From Ignavibacteriota bacterium (GTDB lineage Bacteria; Bacteroidota; Ignavibacteria; Palsa-1295): 64,000 bases of DNA. The notes under the pieces are model-generated. The model was not told the origin of the DNA and did no database searches. It worked only from the letters and a program-made list of their open reading frames with translations. The translations under genes and the position numbers were made by a program. This document shows, in pieces, positions 9,698 to 20,945 of this stretch (position 1 is the stretch's first letter; every line of letters begins with the position of its first letter). Where the stretch lies: NCBI GenBank assembly GCA_963787835.1, contig CAWBEI010000002.1, forward strand, positions 704,001-768,000. Direction: 5' to 3'.

Positions 9698-10612
9698 TTA
9701 ATCGAATACCCATTCCATCACAGCCATTCTTAACGCGACGCCGCGCTTCACTTGCCGAAGCACCAGCGAGCGTGGTCCATATACCATTTCGCTTTCGAGT
9801 TCGATCCCGTGGTTGATCGGGCCGGGATGTAGAATAAGAGCGGTGGATTTTGCCATGCGTTCCGGCGTCATTCCATACAGCTCGCGATATTCTTCAAGAC
9901 TTGGGAAAAATCCGCGAGCCTGGCGCTCCATTTGAATGCGGAGCATCATAATGACATCGGCCTTTTGCAAAACCGAATCAAGATCGTGCGTGGTCTCGAT
10001 GCCAAAGACTTCCGAAGTCTCGCGCGGCAGGAGGGTATCCGGAGCAACGAACGTAACAAGAGCGCCAAGCTTTTTCAACAGCCACGCATTCGAGCGCGCC
10101 ACACGAGAATGCAAAATATCACCAACGATGGCAATGCGTTTCCCATTCAATTTTCCAAGCGCGGCACGCATTTCTGCGGCATCGAGCAATGCTTGCGTGG
10201 GATGTTCGTGGACGCCATCGCCCGCATTAATGACATGCACATTTTCCGGAAGCCGCTCCGACAAAAACTTCGGAACACCTCCAACATTATGCCGAATCAC
10301 AAAGGCATCGACCTTCATCGCTTCCAGCACGAGGATCGTATCTAAAATGGATTCGCCTTTACTTAGGCTGCTGACAGCGGGGGTTAGCGTAATGACGTCC
10401 GCACCCAAACGGCGTTCGGCAAGTTCGAAAGATGTTCGAGTGCGCGTAGAAGCTTCGAAGAATAGATTCGCAATTGTTCGGCCTTCGAGCAGATGCGATC
10501 TTTGAAATGGGCCGGGCGCGTTGAGAAATTCTAAATAATAGTCGCTTCGGTCGAGAAGATGGAGGATGGTCTCGACGGGCAGGGCCTCGATGGTTAGGAG
10601 GTCTTTCCTCAA
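9698..10612 (-). CDS. pyrB: Aspartate carbamoyltransferase catalytic subunit
   Basis: FFEASTRTRTSF, INAGDG, HPTQALLD, GDILHSRV, LRIQMER and HPGP motifs. Confidence 0.95.
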   Translation of the reverse strand: MRKDLLTIEALPVETILHLLDRSDYYLEFLNAPGPFQRSHLLEGRTIANLFFEASTRTRTSFELAERRLGADVITLTPAVSSLSKGESILDTILVLEAMKVDAFVIRHNVGGVPKFLSERLPENVHVINAGDGVHEHPTQALLDAAEMRAALGKLNGKRIAIVGDILHSRVARSNAWLLKKLGALVTFVAPDTLLPRETSEVFGIETTHDLDSVLQKADVIMMLRIQMERQARGFFPSLEEYRELYGMTPERMAKSTALILHPGPINHGIELESEMVYGPRSLVLRQVKRGVALRMAVMEWVFD

Positions 10613-10650
10613 AGTGTGCCGTTAACACCGGGTAGCGGGCGTCGGTTTCT

Positions 10651-10750
10651 GACTGAGATTTATGGGATTTTTAGGAGATTTTGGGGATGGCAACAAGCAC
10701 CCCTGAGCCACATCCCATAAAATCCCTAAAAAATCGCACGAATCTCAGTC
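10651..10750. repeat. 100-bp imperfect inverted repeat (REP/MITE-like or terminator)
   Basis: GACTGAGATT...GATTTTTAGG arms pair with CCTAAAAAATC...AATCTCAGTC; abuts the stop codon of the LuxR module. Confidence 0.7.
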
Positions 10751-12346
10751 ACATTTTAGCCAGCACAATAGCCAATTCCTCCGAGCGTTTCAGCTTCATC
10801 TTTTGCCGGATGTGATTCCGGTGGTTCTCGACCGTCCGCTCCGATAGGCACAGCAGCCGCGCTATATCCTCCGATTTCAAATTCATGCGCACGAGCAAGC
10901 AAATGCGAAGTTCGGTTGGTGAAAGCTCGGGATATTTCTCCAACAGCTTTTTCGTAAACTCCGGGTGCGCGGCTTTGAACTGCGTGTCGAATTTCTCCCA
11001 ATCGACCGCCTTGCATGGCAGCGTCTTCAGCCGCTCGCGGAGTTCTTTGGCGGCGCCATCGGGCATGGGGAATTTGCGGATGAATTTCAGGAGACCGTTC
11101 TCAATTCTGAAAGTAATTCAGTTTGAGCGATGAGTTGGAGGGTGGAATTGGCAAGTTCTTTCTCCGTTTGCTGGGCTCGCAAGTTCGCAAGTTCCGTTTC
11201 TTTATGACTTCGCTCGACTTCCAATGCGGACTCAAGAGTTTTAAGCCTAAGCCGAGTTTCCTCGGACTCGTGCTTCTCGTGATTTTCTTTGAAAAGCTCA
11301 AAAAAATGAAGTGCTTTTTCAAATTCGTTGATCTCCTTATAGATCATTGCAAGAAGCTGGTTGGAAGTACACCCCAAAGTATGATTAGATATTGAAGTGC
11401 CTATCTGGGCAGCTTCCATGAAATGGGGAATTGCAGATTGATGATCGCCCAGCTCATTTTTGATACGGCCCAAAAGAAATTCAGCGGATCCCGTGAAGAG
11501 CGCATGTTTGGATTCTTGCGCAAGTGATAGCGCTGTTAAGGCATGATTTTCGGCTTGATCAAACTCTTTCAATTCACGATAGGTATCGGCTAAAATCCTA
11601 TGAGCGTGTGACTTCCCAACATTGTTCGTTGCAAGCATAAGTGCCTCTTGTGCAAAAGGAATGCTTTCGCGATAGAGACCATGCCCACCTTTTGCTTGAC
11701 TTACCTGCAAAAGCAAACGTGCTTTCCATGCTCTGTCGGAAGTATCGCCAGCCAATCTGAGTGCTTCCTCAGCATGATAAAGAAACCCATCGAGATCATG
11801 CGAAATTTTTGCAATCTCGGACAATCCTAAATGGCAATTTTGAATTTCCCTGATGAGATTATTTTTGTTCGCTACCGCAAGTGCTTCTTCAAGATACTCT
11901 AAAGATTTGGCCGTATTGCCGAGAAACATTGAATCATTTGCGATGCGAATCAGGGCATTAGTGATAAGTTTATGGTCATTTGTTTTTTTTGCGAGCCTCA
12001 AGGTCTCAACACGGCTTACAAACCCTTGCTCTGTTTTGCCAAGGAAGGTATTGGAGTTCTCTAAATCCGAGCGGCATCGAACTAAGTTAACAATATCGTC
12101 TAATTCAGAATACAATGCAATTGCTTGCGACAACGGAAGGAGTGACTTCTCGTAATCTGCTAATTCAATAAAGCCTTTACCGATGGCAGCTTGCGCTTTA
12201 GCAACCCATATCTTCGAATCAATTTCTTGAGCAAGAGCGAGTAATTCTTCCCCAAGCTTCACGCGATCTGCTCCGGTGTGGTCTTTTCCATCAAAATCGC
12301 GTTTCTCAATCTCTTGGAGCGCATTGAGTTTGCGTTTTTCGGTCAC
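10749..12346 (-). CDS. TPR + LuxR-type HTH regulator, split by a 1-nt frameshift near 11098
   Basis: TPR repeats in 11087-12346; LSPTELRICLLVRMNLKSEDIARLLCLSERTVENHR HTH in 10749-11066; adding one A gives ...SELRNGLLKFIRKFPMPD... Confidence 0.85.
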
Positions 12347-12429
12347 TGAATTATCGAGGAATTAAAGAAAAATGCACCAAGCCTACCAAGGCTTTACCCC
12401 GGCAGGCATGATACAAAAATACCACTATT

Positions 12430-13461
12430 TCACCGCACCCAATTAAGATCGCCTTCGACGCCGGTAGTCGAAGCTACTGTCGTGGTTGACGATGTAAACG
12501 TCACAACCTTCGTCAGAGCGAGCGTGGATAAATTTAGATATGCTATTCCGCTATTATTCGGTGACCACGTCGGGCCTGTACACTCGACGGAATTTGTCGT
12601 TGGCGTCGAACCGGTGGACGGGGCTACGTAATATAGCTCCCAAGGTGTAGAACTATTCGGGGTGTACATATACGCGAGTTCGTTCATGCCGCTATTCGAC
12701 CATTCGAGATTCCTGCACGAGCCCGAGATTGGGATCGAGTCCTCTGCTGCGCCAGTGGAAGAGTTGAAGATCAGGATGGTAAAATGTAGGGTTGTATCTT
12801 GGCGCAAGACTGCGATTTTCGAATCATCTGGACTCCATGTCGGATTTTCGTAAAGGCCAAGACAAACTGTCCCCATCACCTTCTTAAAAGATGCAAGTAC
12901 GGTAGGTGTTCCTCCCGATTGGGAAATCGTGCAGAGATCCGTAACACCGTATTGTGAACTTGATGTATGCAGCCGAGTAAATGCGATTTCACCCACAGAT
13001 GAAGTTGCACACCACGCCGGTCCGCTCTGAATTCTGTCCGAATCGCTGGATGTGAGCGAATAAATCGTCTGCGCATTGCTGGCGACGGGAACTCCCTTCG
13101 AATTCACGCTAATATCGACAGTGTTAATGGCCCAAGACGCGCTCTCCGCACTAAAATAGACAATCGAAGCTCCGTCGTAATTCCAGCTTGGATTTAAGAA
13201 GTTCTCAACCGTGTAGTTCGAGGGCGCTCTGACAACATTTGTCTGGTTTGCACCAGTTGAATCCATCACGCCGATAGTAATATACGTATTTCCCTTGATG
13301 GTTGTATCTCCAACATAAGCAATGACGGGGTCAGCCGGCGGTGGGCTGCTCTTGAGCGGCAGATTAATACCACTGTTAGCCGATTGTGGGTCTTGCTGGC
13401 AGGATGAAAGAAATGAAGCAGCCGCGAACACAGCGACGGCAAGAAGAAGCGATGTTTTCAT
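12430..13461 (-). CDS. TolB-like beta-propeller lipoprotein
   Basis: LSSC lipobox; PSWNYDG, PTWSPDD and PTWSPNN blades. Confidence 0.75.
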   Translation of the reverse strand: MKTSLLLAVAVFAAASFLSSCQQDPQSANSGINLPLKSSPPPADPVIAYVGDTTIKGNTYITIGVMDSTGANQTNVVRAPSNYTVENFLNPSWNYDGASIVYFSAESASWAINTVDISVNSKGVPVASNAQTIYSLTSSDSDRIQSGPAWCATSSVGEIAFTRLHTSSSQYGVTDLCTISQSGGTPTVLASFKKVMGTVCLGLYENPTWSPDDSKIAVLRQDTTLHFTILIFNSSTGAAEDSIPISGSCRNLEWSNSGMNELAYMYTPNSSTPWELYYVAPSTGSTPTTNSVECTGPTWSPNNSGIAYLNLSTLALTKVVTFTSSTTTVASTTGVEGDLNWVR

Positions 13462-13491
13462 GGGAAGTTTAATATTTAGAATGATGAAAAA

Positions 13492-13935
13492 TTAGTTACG
13501 AATGGAAAGTTTGTAGGAATAGCGTTCTTTGCCATCATCGAGCGTGAGCATATAAGTGCCGCTCGCCAGGCTGTGAAGTGTGAATTGAAGGTTATCGTTC
13601 TCGCGCATCATAAATGGCGTTGCATCGAGCACGAATGCTCCGCGTTCGTCATAGAGCGAAGCTGAAATATGATTCCCGATGTCGGCAGCGTCGATAGTGA
13701 AAATGCCCGTTGAAGGATTAGGAAAAAGTGATGTCGAATCCGTTTCCATTTGGATAACGACACTATTGTTGGTCAAAAAGAATGGAATAAATAACCCTCC
13801 CACGAATCCATATCCGGCAGCACCATTGCTGTTCGTAAGCAACGCCGAGCCGTTGCCATAGATCGTTGCGCTGGAATCCTGCGCTTGAGTCGATGAAGCC
13901 AGAAAGGAAATTGCAAATAAAAAAAGTATTTTCAT
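13492..13935 (-). CDS. Small T9SS CTD protein
   Basis: Signal peptide, about 45-aa short domain, then LFPNPSTG...LASGTYMLTL...YKLSIRN CTD. Confidence 0.85.
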   Translation of the reverse strand: MKILFLFAISFLASSTQAQDSSATIYGNGSALLTNSNGAAGYGFVGGLFIPFFLTNNSVVIQMETDSTSLFPNPSTGIFTIDAADIGNHISASLYDERGAFVLDATPFMMRENDNLQFTLHSLASGTYMLTLDDGKERYSYKLSIRN

Positions 13936-13939
13936 GGCG

Positions 13940-14944
13940 TTACCTCACTTTGATGAGCCAATACACGTAGGCGTTGTTCGGGCGAGTCTCAGTACAACTC
14001 AGTACAGCGCCGCTGGCTAATGGTGGCCCCGCATAGCTTGCTTGGTTTGGCACAGTGTTCACGTCTAAATAGAAAGATCCAGCACCACTATTTTCAGAGT
14101 TCAGTATTGGGCCGCTACCCCAATTTGGCAGCTGCTGAGAGTTAGAGCCGCTACCGTTGAAGTTATATCCCAAATATGCGACCTGATGCGTGTGATCTTG
14201 AATCATATCGGTCTGTACTGAACCTACTCCAGTACGGCTCGCAGTGGCATTTTCTGCGGTTGGAGCAGAACGACCATCTTGCGGATCGGCAAATTGATCA
14301 ACTCGTGCAGCATAAGGCCCCGAAGATTGGGTTCCTGTATTTACTCCGCGTAAAAATAATCCGCGCAAATCAGGAAGAGCGAGTGAATCACCAAAATTGT
14401 TCGAACCGTAAAGGGTTCCGACATTTTCGTTATATGATGGAAAGCTGTCCGCTGCGATTAGTCGTCCATCACACACGAACCAACCTAATTGAGCTTCATT
14501 TCCAAGCCCTCGAATGCTACCAGCGTAAGCAACTATCGTTCCCACGGGCGCTTGAGGAATATGAATCGCAGAATCGGCGATTCGTGCATTCATAGCATAC
14601 GGGGATGCAGCCAGTTGAACACGACCAAGTGTGTTGCCGTTGATAAGCACTTCCAACCAATACTGATTATTGAACGTCGTGTATGGGTTCTGCCAGTTTT
14701 GGCTGAAGTTCAGCATAACGGTATAGTACCCGTTCGTGACCTGAACATTCTGCGATTGCTGGTTCCAGGCCTGCGTACCACCCGATTGCTGATCCCAGAG
14801 CGTAAAACTCGCTGGAACGCTGCCATTGAAAGGTTGCCCGTTCTGAGTGAGATAACCCTGATACGCTATATTTTGCGGTATCTGCGCTCGAACGGCAGAG
14901 GCCGCTCCGATACTCAGAACCAAGAAAAGAAGTAGTTTTTTCAT
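13940..14944 (-). CDS. Signal-peptide-bearing protein with phage tail collar/fibre-tip domain
   Basis: Likely start MKKLLLF at 14944; N-terminal IAYQG...LAASPYA domain; PVGTIVAYAG, GWFVCDG, LPDLRGLFLRG, QDHTH and ETRPNN collar motifs. Confidence 0.85.
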   Translation of the reverse strand: MKKLLLFLVLSIGAASAVRAQIPQNIAYQGYLTQNGQPFNGSVPASFTLWDQQSGGTQAWNQQSQNVQVTNGYYTVMLNFSQNWQNPYTTFNNQYWLEVLINGNTLGRVQLAASPYAMNARIADSAIHIPQAPVGTIVAYAGSIRGLGNEAQLGWFVCDGRLIAADSFPSYNENVGTLYGSNNFGDSLALPDLRGLFLRGVNTGTQSSGPYAARVDQFADPQDGRSAPTAENATASRTGVGSVQTDMIQDHTHQVAYLGYNFNGSGSNSQQLPNWGSGPILNSENSGAGSFYLDVNTVPNQASYAGPPLASGAVLSCTETRPNNAYVYWLIKVR

Positions 14945-15111
14945 TGTATTTGCATCCGATTGAATAAAGTGAACTAACGGATACAAAATTACCGGGTACT
15001 ACACCTTTGTCGTTACTCATTTAATACTCATTCCTGAGATTTATTTCTTGAAATTCGTTCAGCTTAGAGTTTCGCGCACACAATGAAACCCGAACGTGTT
15101 ATATCCCAGAT

Positions 15112-18072
15112 ATGGCAGCGGCGAAGCGTAAAACAGTGGCAAATGAGTCGGTCGAGCACATGGCAGCGGCTCCTCCGGGCAATCCAAACGATTCTATCGT
15201 GGTTCGTGGCGCGCGCGTGCATAATTTGCGCGGCGTGGATGTCGATATTCCGCGCGAGAAGCTTGTGGTCATTACGGGCATCTCCGGTTCAGGGAAATCC
15301 TCGCTCGCGTTCGATACTATTTATGCGGAGGGCCAGCGGCGTTATGTGGAATCGCTCTCGCCGTATGCGCGTCAGTTTCTGGATATGATGGAGCGCCCGG
15401 ATGTCGATTATATCGAGGGACTTTCCCCTGCCATTTCCATCGAGCAAAAAACCATTGGCTCGACACCACGCTCGACCGTTGGCACCGTTACGGAGGTCTA
15501 TGATTTTATTCGCTTGCTTTTTGCCCGAACGGGTACGCAATTCTGTGTCGATTGTAATCTTCCTGTCGTGAAGCAAACGGTCGATCAGATCATCACGGCA
15601 CTCCTGAAATATCCGGACGGAACCAAAATTACGATCTTCGCTCCCATCGTTCGGGGCCGCAAAGGCCAGTTCAAAGAACTGTTCCGAGATGTCTTGCGCC
15701 AGGGCTTCGCGCGCGCCCGCGTCGACGATCTCCCGAAAGAGATCAGTGAAGATCTGGAACTTGACCGCTATAAAGCGCATACCATCGAGATCCTGATCGA
15801 TCGCATCGTGCTGAACGAAGGCATCCGCGACCGGCTGACGGCCTCGGTCGAAACGGCCCTCAAAATGAGCAAGGGAACGATCAGCGCCGAGATCGAGCAA
15901 AGCAAACAAAAGGAGAATGTGCTCTTCAGCGAAAAATATAGCTGCCCAAATTGTGGAAGGTCCTACGAAGAGCCGCAGCCCAATACCTTTTCGTTCAATT
16001 CACCGACCAACGCATGCCCGGAGTGCCACGGCTTAGGCGTTCGCAGGGATTTCGTGCTGGAACTTATTACTCCCGACAGATCGGTCTCTATCGAAGATGG
16101 CGGGATCGTTCCGTTTGGAAAACAAGGCAAGAACTGGCTTTGGGCGCAATTGGAAGCGCTGTTCGACCATTTCAGCATCCCGCTTTCCACGCCCATAACA
16201 TCGCTTCCCGAACCATTTCTCGAACTGCTCATGAATGGTTCCGGAAAACAAAAATTTCACGTTGTGTGGACGTCCGGTTCGGGCCGAACCACCAAATACC
16301 AAACAAAATGGGCTGGCGTGTTCGAGACACTTCGCTATTGGTTCAACGAATCCGGTTCCGAAGCGCAACGCGGCTGGGCCGAGCAATTCATGGCTGCCCA
16401 TACGTGCCCGGCATGCAATGGCGGAAGATTGAAACCCGAAAATCTCGCCATTCGCGTCCATGGCAAGAACGTCCGGGACATTGTGATGCTCTCGCTTATC
16501 GAAACGATCGAGTTCTTTCGCACGCTCTCGTTCGAAGGCATTAAGCAAACGATCGCTGAGCCGATCCTGAGAGAAATCATTCCACGTATCGATTTCCTGC
16601 TCCAAGTCGGACTTGGGTATCTTTCGCTCGATCGGTCGGCGCAATCGCTATCCGGCGGCGAATCGCAACGCATTCGCCTTGCTACGCAAATTGGCACGCA
16701 GCTTGTCGGTGTGCTCTATATCTTGGATGAGCCGAGCATCGGCCTTCATCAACGCGATAACCGTCGGCTCATTCATTCATTAGAACAATTGCGCGATCTC
16801 GGCAACACCGTTATCGTGGTCGAACATGACCGGGAGATGATGGAATCTGCAGATCTCCTGATCGATATTGGCCCTCGTGCCGGAGAGCATGGCGGGAACC
16901 TTGTGGCATACGGGCCACCGGCGCTATTTCAGTCGGCAACAAATGGGACTGCTCCGGCAAATGGATATTTTATAGGAGAGAATTCTCCTACCGCAAAATA
17001 TTTGGCGGGAATTTCTTCTTTGGAAATTCCCAAAGAGCGGGTAATTTCTAAAAAAAATAAAGCCATCGTACTCGAAGGAGCAACGGGAAATAATTTGCGT
17101 GACGTCACGCTCCGAATTCCGCTCGGAACATTCACGTGCATTACGGGAGTCTCCGGTTCTGGAAAATCAACGCTCATTAACGAGACGCTTGCTCCGATCT
17201 TGCAACGGCATTTTTACGATTCGCACGTCGTCCCGCTCCCGTTTAAGAAAATCGAAGGTTTAGATGAGATCGACAAGGTGATCGAGATCGATCAAACCCC
17301 CATTGGCCGGACGCCACGCTCGAATCCTGCGACTTATACCGGGCTGTTCACGTATATCCGCGATTTTTTTGCCTCACTGCCGGAATCGAATATTCGCGGA
17401 TATAAGATCGGGCGATTTTCTTTTAATGTCAAGAGTGGCCGATGTGAGGCGTGCGAGGGCGATGGCGTGAAAAAGATCGAGATGAATTTCCTGCCGGACG
17501 TTTATGTAACCTGCGACGTCTGTCGAGGCAAACGATACAATCGTGAAACACTCGAGGTGCATTACAAGGGCAAATCCATTGCGGATGTATTAGCGATGAG
17601 CGTAACGGAAGCCGAAGAATTCTTTTCGGAGATCCCTCGCATCAAGCGGAAGCTGCATGCACTGTCTTCCGTTGGAATGGGCTACATCCGGCTGGGTCAG
17701 CAAGCGCCAACGCTTTCCGGTGGGGAGGCGCAGCGCGTGAAGCTCGCGACGGAGCTTTCAAAAGTCGCTACCGGAAAAACGCTCTACATTTTGGATGAAC
17801 CGACGACCGGCCTTCATTTCGAGGATATCAAACATCTCATGGATGTGCTGCTCCGGTTGCGCGAGCGGGGAAACACCGTGGTCGTGATCGAGCATAACCT
17901 AGATGTGATCAAAATGGCGGACTGGGTCGTCGATCTTGGCCCCGATGGAGGCTCAGCCGGAGGGCACATCGTCGATGAAGGCACACCGGAAGCGCTTGCG
18001 GCCCGTTTTGGCGCGACCGGAAGCCATACCGCATTCTTTCTCAGGAAAGAATTAGGGATGCCGATCGATTAA
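15112..18072 (+). CDS. uvrA: Excinuclease ABC subunit A
   Basis: Two ABC domains ([18 protein letters not shown]), LSGGE motifs, zinc fingers. Confidence 0.97.
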   Translation: MAAAKRKTVANESVEHMAAAPPGNPNDSIVVRGARVHNLRGVDVDIPREKLVVITGISGSGKSSLAFDTIYAEGQRRYVESLSPYARQFLDMMERPDVDYIEGLSPAISIEQKTIGSTPRSTVGTVTEVYDFIRLLFARTGTQFCVDCNLPVVKQTVDQIITALLKYPDGTKITIFAPIVRGRKGQFKELFRDVLRQGFARARVDDLPKEISEDLELDRYKAHTIEILIDRIVLNEGIRDRLTASVETALKMSKGTISAEIEQSKQKENVLFSEKYSCPNCGRSYEEPQPNTFSFNSPTNACPECHGLGVRRDFVLELITPDRSVSIEDGGIVPFGKQGKNWLWAQLEALFDHFSIPLSTPITSLPEPFLELLMNGSGKQKFHVVWTSGSGRTTKYQTKWAGVFETLRYWFNESGSEAQRGWAEQFMAAHTCPACNGGRLKPENLAIRVHGKNVRDIVMLSLIETIEFFRTLSFEGIKQTIAEPILREIIPRIDFLLQVGLGYLSLDRSAQSLSGGESQRIRLATQIGTQLVGVLYILDEPSIGLHQRDNRRLIHSLEQLRDLGNTVIVVEHDREMMESADLLIDIGPRAGEHGGNLVAYGPPALFQSATNGTAPANGYFIGENSPTAKYLAGISSLEIPKERVISKKNKAIVLEGATGNNLRDVTLRIPLGTFTCITGVSGSGKSTLINETLAPILQRHFYDSHVVPLPFKKIEGLDEIDKVIEIDQTPIGRTPRSNPATYTGLFTYIRDFFASLPESNIRGYKIGRFSFNVKSGRCEACEGDGVKKIEMNFLPDVYVTCDVCRGKRYNRETLEVHYKGKSIADVLAMSVTEAEEFFSEIPRIKRKLHALSSVGMGYIRLGQQAPTLSGGEAQRVKLATELSKVATGKTLYILDEPTTGLHFEDIKHLMDVLLRLRERGNTVVVIEHNLDVIKMADWVVDLGPDGGSAGGHIVDEGTPEALAARFGATGSHTAFFLRKELGMPID

Positions 18073-18253
18073 AAGAAGATTTCGTTGGAATTCGTATGAA
18101 GGAATTGTGTTGTGGCTGCACCAGTTAATTCGTCGCGATAGCGAATTATTCATCCACGAATTGCATTCTTCGACATCGCATGAACACGGAATCGCCTTCC
18201 ATATCCCCGATTTTTCCAATCCCATTCTTCACGCTTAACTTTTAATTTCTTCA

Positions 18254-19363
18254 TTGTTTCAGTACATCGTCCGCCGGATCTTGCTTTATCTGCCCACGCT
18301 GTTCATTATTACAGTGATCTGGTTTGGCATCACACGGATGGCGCCCGGCGACCCGGCGGAACTCAAAGCTGGCGTAGGAAGCGAAGGCTCACAGCGTGGC
18401 AATCAACAGCTTAATGAGCAGATCATCAATCAGATCAGGGCACAGTGGCATCTCGATAAACCAATCTGGTACTGGACCATCTTTACCGATGACAAAGATT
18501 CCAGCGGACAGCTAAAGCCACTTTCGGAACGAACCACGTTCCGGTGGAACGGCACCAACAACCAGTACCATCTTTGGATGTCGGAGCAGCTTCGTGGCGA
18601 TTTCGGTGTTTCGTTTCAGGACCAGCGGCCTGTGATGGATAAGATCATCGAGCGCGTACCGATCACGGCATTTCTTTCGCTGACCTCGATCTTCCTCTCC
18701 TTTATCATTGCGATTCCCATCGGCATCTACTCTGCGGCAAAGTCCCGTGAGAACAGCACGATCGACCGAGCGGTATCGACCACGCTCTTTATCTTATACT
18801 CCCTGCCGAATTTTTGGATCGCCACCATGCTCATCATCTTTTTTGGCGGTGGAGATTTTCTGGCCTGGTTTCCGAACAACGGCTTGCATGGCAATGATTA
18901 TCCCTATCCTACCTGGATCGCAAACACCGGCGACCTGTTTTGGCATCTCGTTCTTCCGATGGTCTGCTATACGTATGGGTCCCTCACGTATCTTTCCAGA
19001 CAGATGCGCGGCTCCATGCTCGAAGTCATTCGACAGGATTACATCCGCACCGCCCGCGCCAAGGGCCTTTCGGAAAAGATCGTAGTCTATAAGCATGCGT
19101 TACGCAACTCCCTGATCCCCATCATTACCATTATGGGTGGAATCCTTCCAGCGATCGTCAGTGGATCTATTATTTTGGAAACGATCTTTACCATTCCTGG
19201 CCTCGGGTTGCTGGAATTCAATGCTCTTACATCGCGGGATTATCCCGTGATCATCGAGACCGGGCTTATTTCGTCGGTGCTTACGCTCGTTGGTATTCTG
19301 CTCAGCGATATTTTGTACTCCATCGTCGATCCTCGGATCGCATTTACGAAAAAGTCAGCATAA
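18254..19363 (+). CDS. Oligo/dipeptide ABC transporter permease (OppB/DppB type)
   Basis: APGDP, DYIRTARAKGL, HALRNSLIP and DPRI motifs; TTG start. Confidence 0.9.
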   Translation: MFQYIVRRILLYLPTLFIITVIWFGITRMAPGDPAELKAGVGSEGSQRGNQQLNEQIINQIRAQWHLDKPIWYWTIFTDDKDSSGQLKPLSERTTFRWNGTNNQYHLWMSEQLRGDFGVSFQDQRPVMDKIIERVPITAFLSLTSIFLSFIIAIPIGIYSAAKSRENSTIDRAVSTTLFILYSLPNFWIATMLIIFFGGGDFLAWFPNNGLHGNDYPYPTWIANTGDLFWHLVLPMVCYTYGSLTYLSRQMRGSMLEVIRQDYIRTARAKGLSEKIVVYKHALRNSLIPIITIMGGILPAIVSGSIILETIFTIPGLGLLEFNALTSRDYPVIIETGLISSVLTLVGILLSDILYSIVDPRIAFTKKSA

Positions 19364-19422
19364 GGATGACTGATACGAACGAGAACACACATCACCGATA
19401 AAAGCCAGGCATAGAGTATCTG

Positions 19423-20643
19423 ATGGACGAGAATAACGAATTTCGAAATATGGGATCGCTGAAAGCCGAAAAACCTTCGGCCGAAACGGTTGGCCCCCTC
19501 GATCGCATACCCGTTCGGGACGAATATCTGATCGGCCAGCAAAATTCCCAAACGGCCCCATTGCCGGAGGAGATCCCATCTAATTTCGAATCGGAGACAG
19601 AAGCAAAGCGGATCGAAGCTCGGCGCATGGTGACGCAAAGCTTTTGGTCGCTCGTTCGGCACCAGTATAAGAAAAATCGTATCGCAGTTTATGCACTGTA
19701 CGTGGTATATTTCCTTTTTGGCATAGCGATCTTAGCCGATGTACTTGCCAATGATAAGCCGTTATATGCAGTCTATAAGGGAACAACCTATTTCCCGGTC
19801 TTTAAGCAGTATCTTGCCGATCTTCATATCAGCCAATGGTCGCCCGATCTTGTGATGGCAGACTGGAACGACCTGGAAAAATCTGGCGATGTAAAAAATG
19901 CAATTTGGCCACCAATTAAGTATTCTGAATCCGACGAGGACCTGGCGAACACGCTGTCCCCGCCTTCCGGAACGCACTTGCTCGGCACAGACGGAATTGG
20001 CCGCGATGTGCTCGCCGGGATGATCCATGGCTCGCGTATAGCCCTCTCGATAGGGTTTGTGTCCATGTCATTCGCTATCATTATTGGAGTGTTTTTGGGT
20101 GCATTAGCTGGATTTTATGGCGGTTGGATAGACAACATCATTTCCAGGCTTATCGAGGTCGTGCTTACGCTGCCGACATTCTTTCTCATTATCGCCATCG
20201 TCGCGATGGTACAGACAGGCTCAGTCTGGCTGATCATGGTACTGATCGGTATCACAAGCTGGCCCAGCGTTGCGCGATTCACACGCGGGGAATTTCTTCG
20301 AATTCGTAACATGGAGTTCGTTTCGGCGGCATCGGCACTGGGGTTTAAGAATTCCAGGATCATTCTTCGGCATATGCTTCCGAATTCGCTCGCGCCAGTA
20401 TTGATCTCCGCTGCCTTTGGCATCGCAGGTGCGATCCTAACAGAGGCCAGCCTTTCTTTCTTGGGATTTGGCGTTCCTCCGACCGTCGTGACCTGGGGTA
20501 GTGTATTGAACGATGCCCGAAACGACATTCACGCCTGGTGGCTTGCGGTCTTTCCGGGATTTGCAATTTTTCTTGCCGTCGTTGCGTATAATCTTGTCGG
20601 CGATGGCCTGCGGGATGCGCTTGACCCACGCCTTAGAGATTAA
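19423..20643 (+). CDS. Oligo/dipeptide ABC transporter permease (OppC/DppC type)
   Basis: HLLGTDGIGRDV, RHMLPN, EASLSFLG and GDGLRDALDPR motifs. Confidence 0.9.
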   Translation: MDENNEFRNMGSLKAEKPSAETVGPLDRIPVRDEYLIGQQNSQTAPLPEEIPSNFESETEAKRIEARRMVTQSFWSLVRHQYKKNRIAVYALYVVYFLFGIAILADVLANDKPLYAVYKGTTYFPVFKQYLADLHISQWSPDLVMADWNDLEKSGDVKNAIWPPIKYSESDEDLANTLSPPSGTHLLGTDGIGRDVLAGMIHGSRIALSIGFVSMSFAIIIGVFLGALAGFYGGWIDNIISRLIEVVLTLPTFFLIIAIVAMVQTGSVWLIMVLIGITSWPSVARFTRGEFLRIRNMEFVSAASALGFKNSRIILRHMLPNSLAPVLISAAFGIAGAILTEASLSFLGFGVPPTVVTWGSVLNDARNDIHAWWLAVFPGFAIFLAVVAYNLVGDGLRDALDPRLRD

Positions 20644-20945
20644 GCCCACGAAAAGTACAATTTCGCGATTTTTTTGATTTTCTGGATTGATTCTTGCAAT
20701 TATTAGATTATCAGATTTAATGGATGAACACTCACAATTATGAGCATTCGTCCTGCGATCCTTTCTATCTGGAACGTCTTGGTTTACGATTAGCGGAACC
20801 AAACACCACTAAAAATGGAATTAGCAACCTGCAAACGTGAGAATGGAGTGCCGTGCGTTGATCGTGAGGCGCTGAATGGGCACCGCGTCGGTATCGACGC
20901 CACGCCCGCTCATTCCCCCCTTAACTGTCATTCTAATTTTTTCCC

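Noticed and set aside
6060-14986. Prophage or contractile injection system suggested by fibre/collar domains
   Set aside because: No capsid, terminase, sheath, tube, baseplate or integrase genes; the fibres carry Sec signal peptides
20740-20915. 6S RNA, SRP RNA or tRNA identity for the structured spacer
   Set aside because: No SRP domain IV motif, no cloverleaf/TTCGA arm, and no typical 6S gene context
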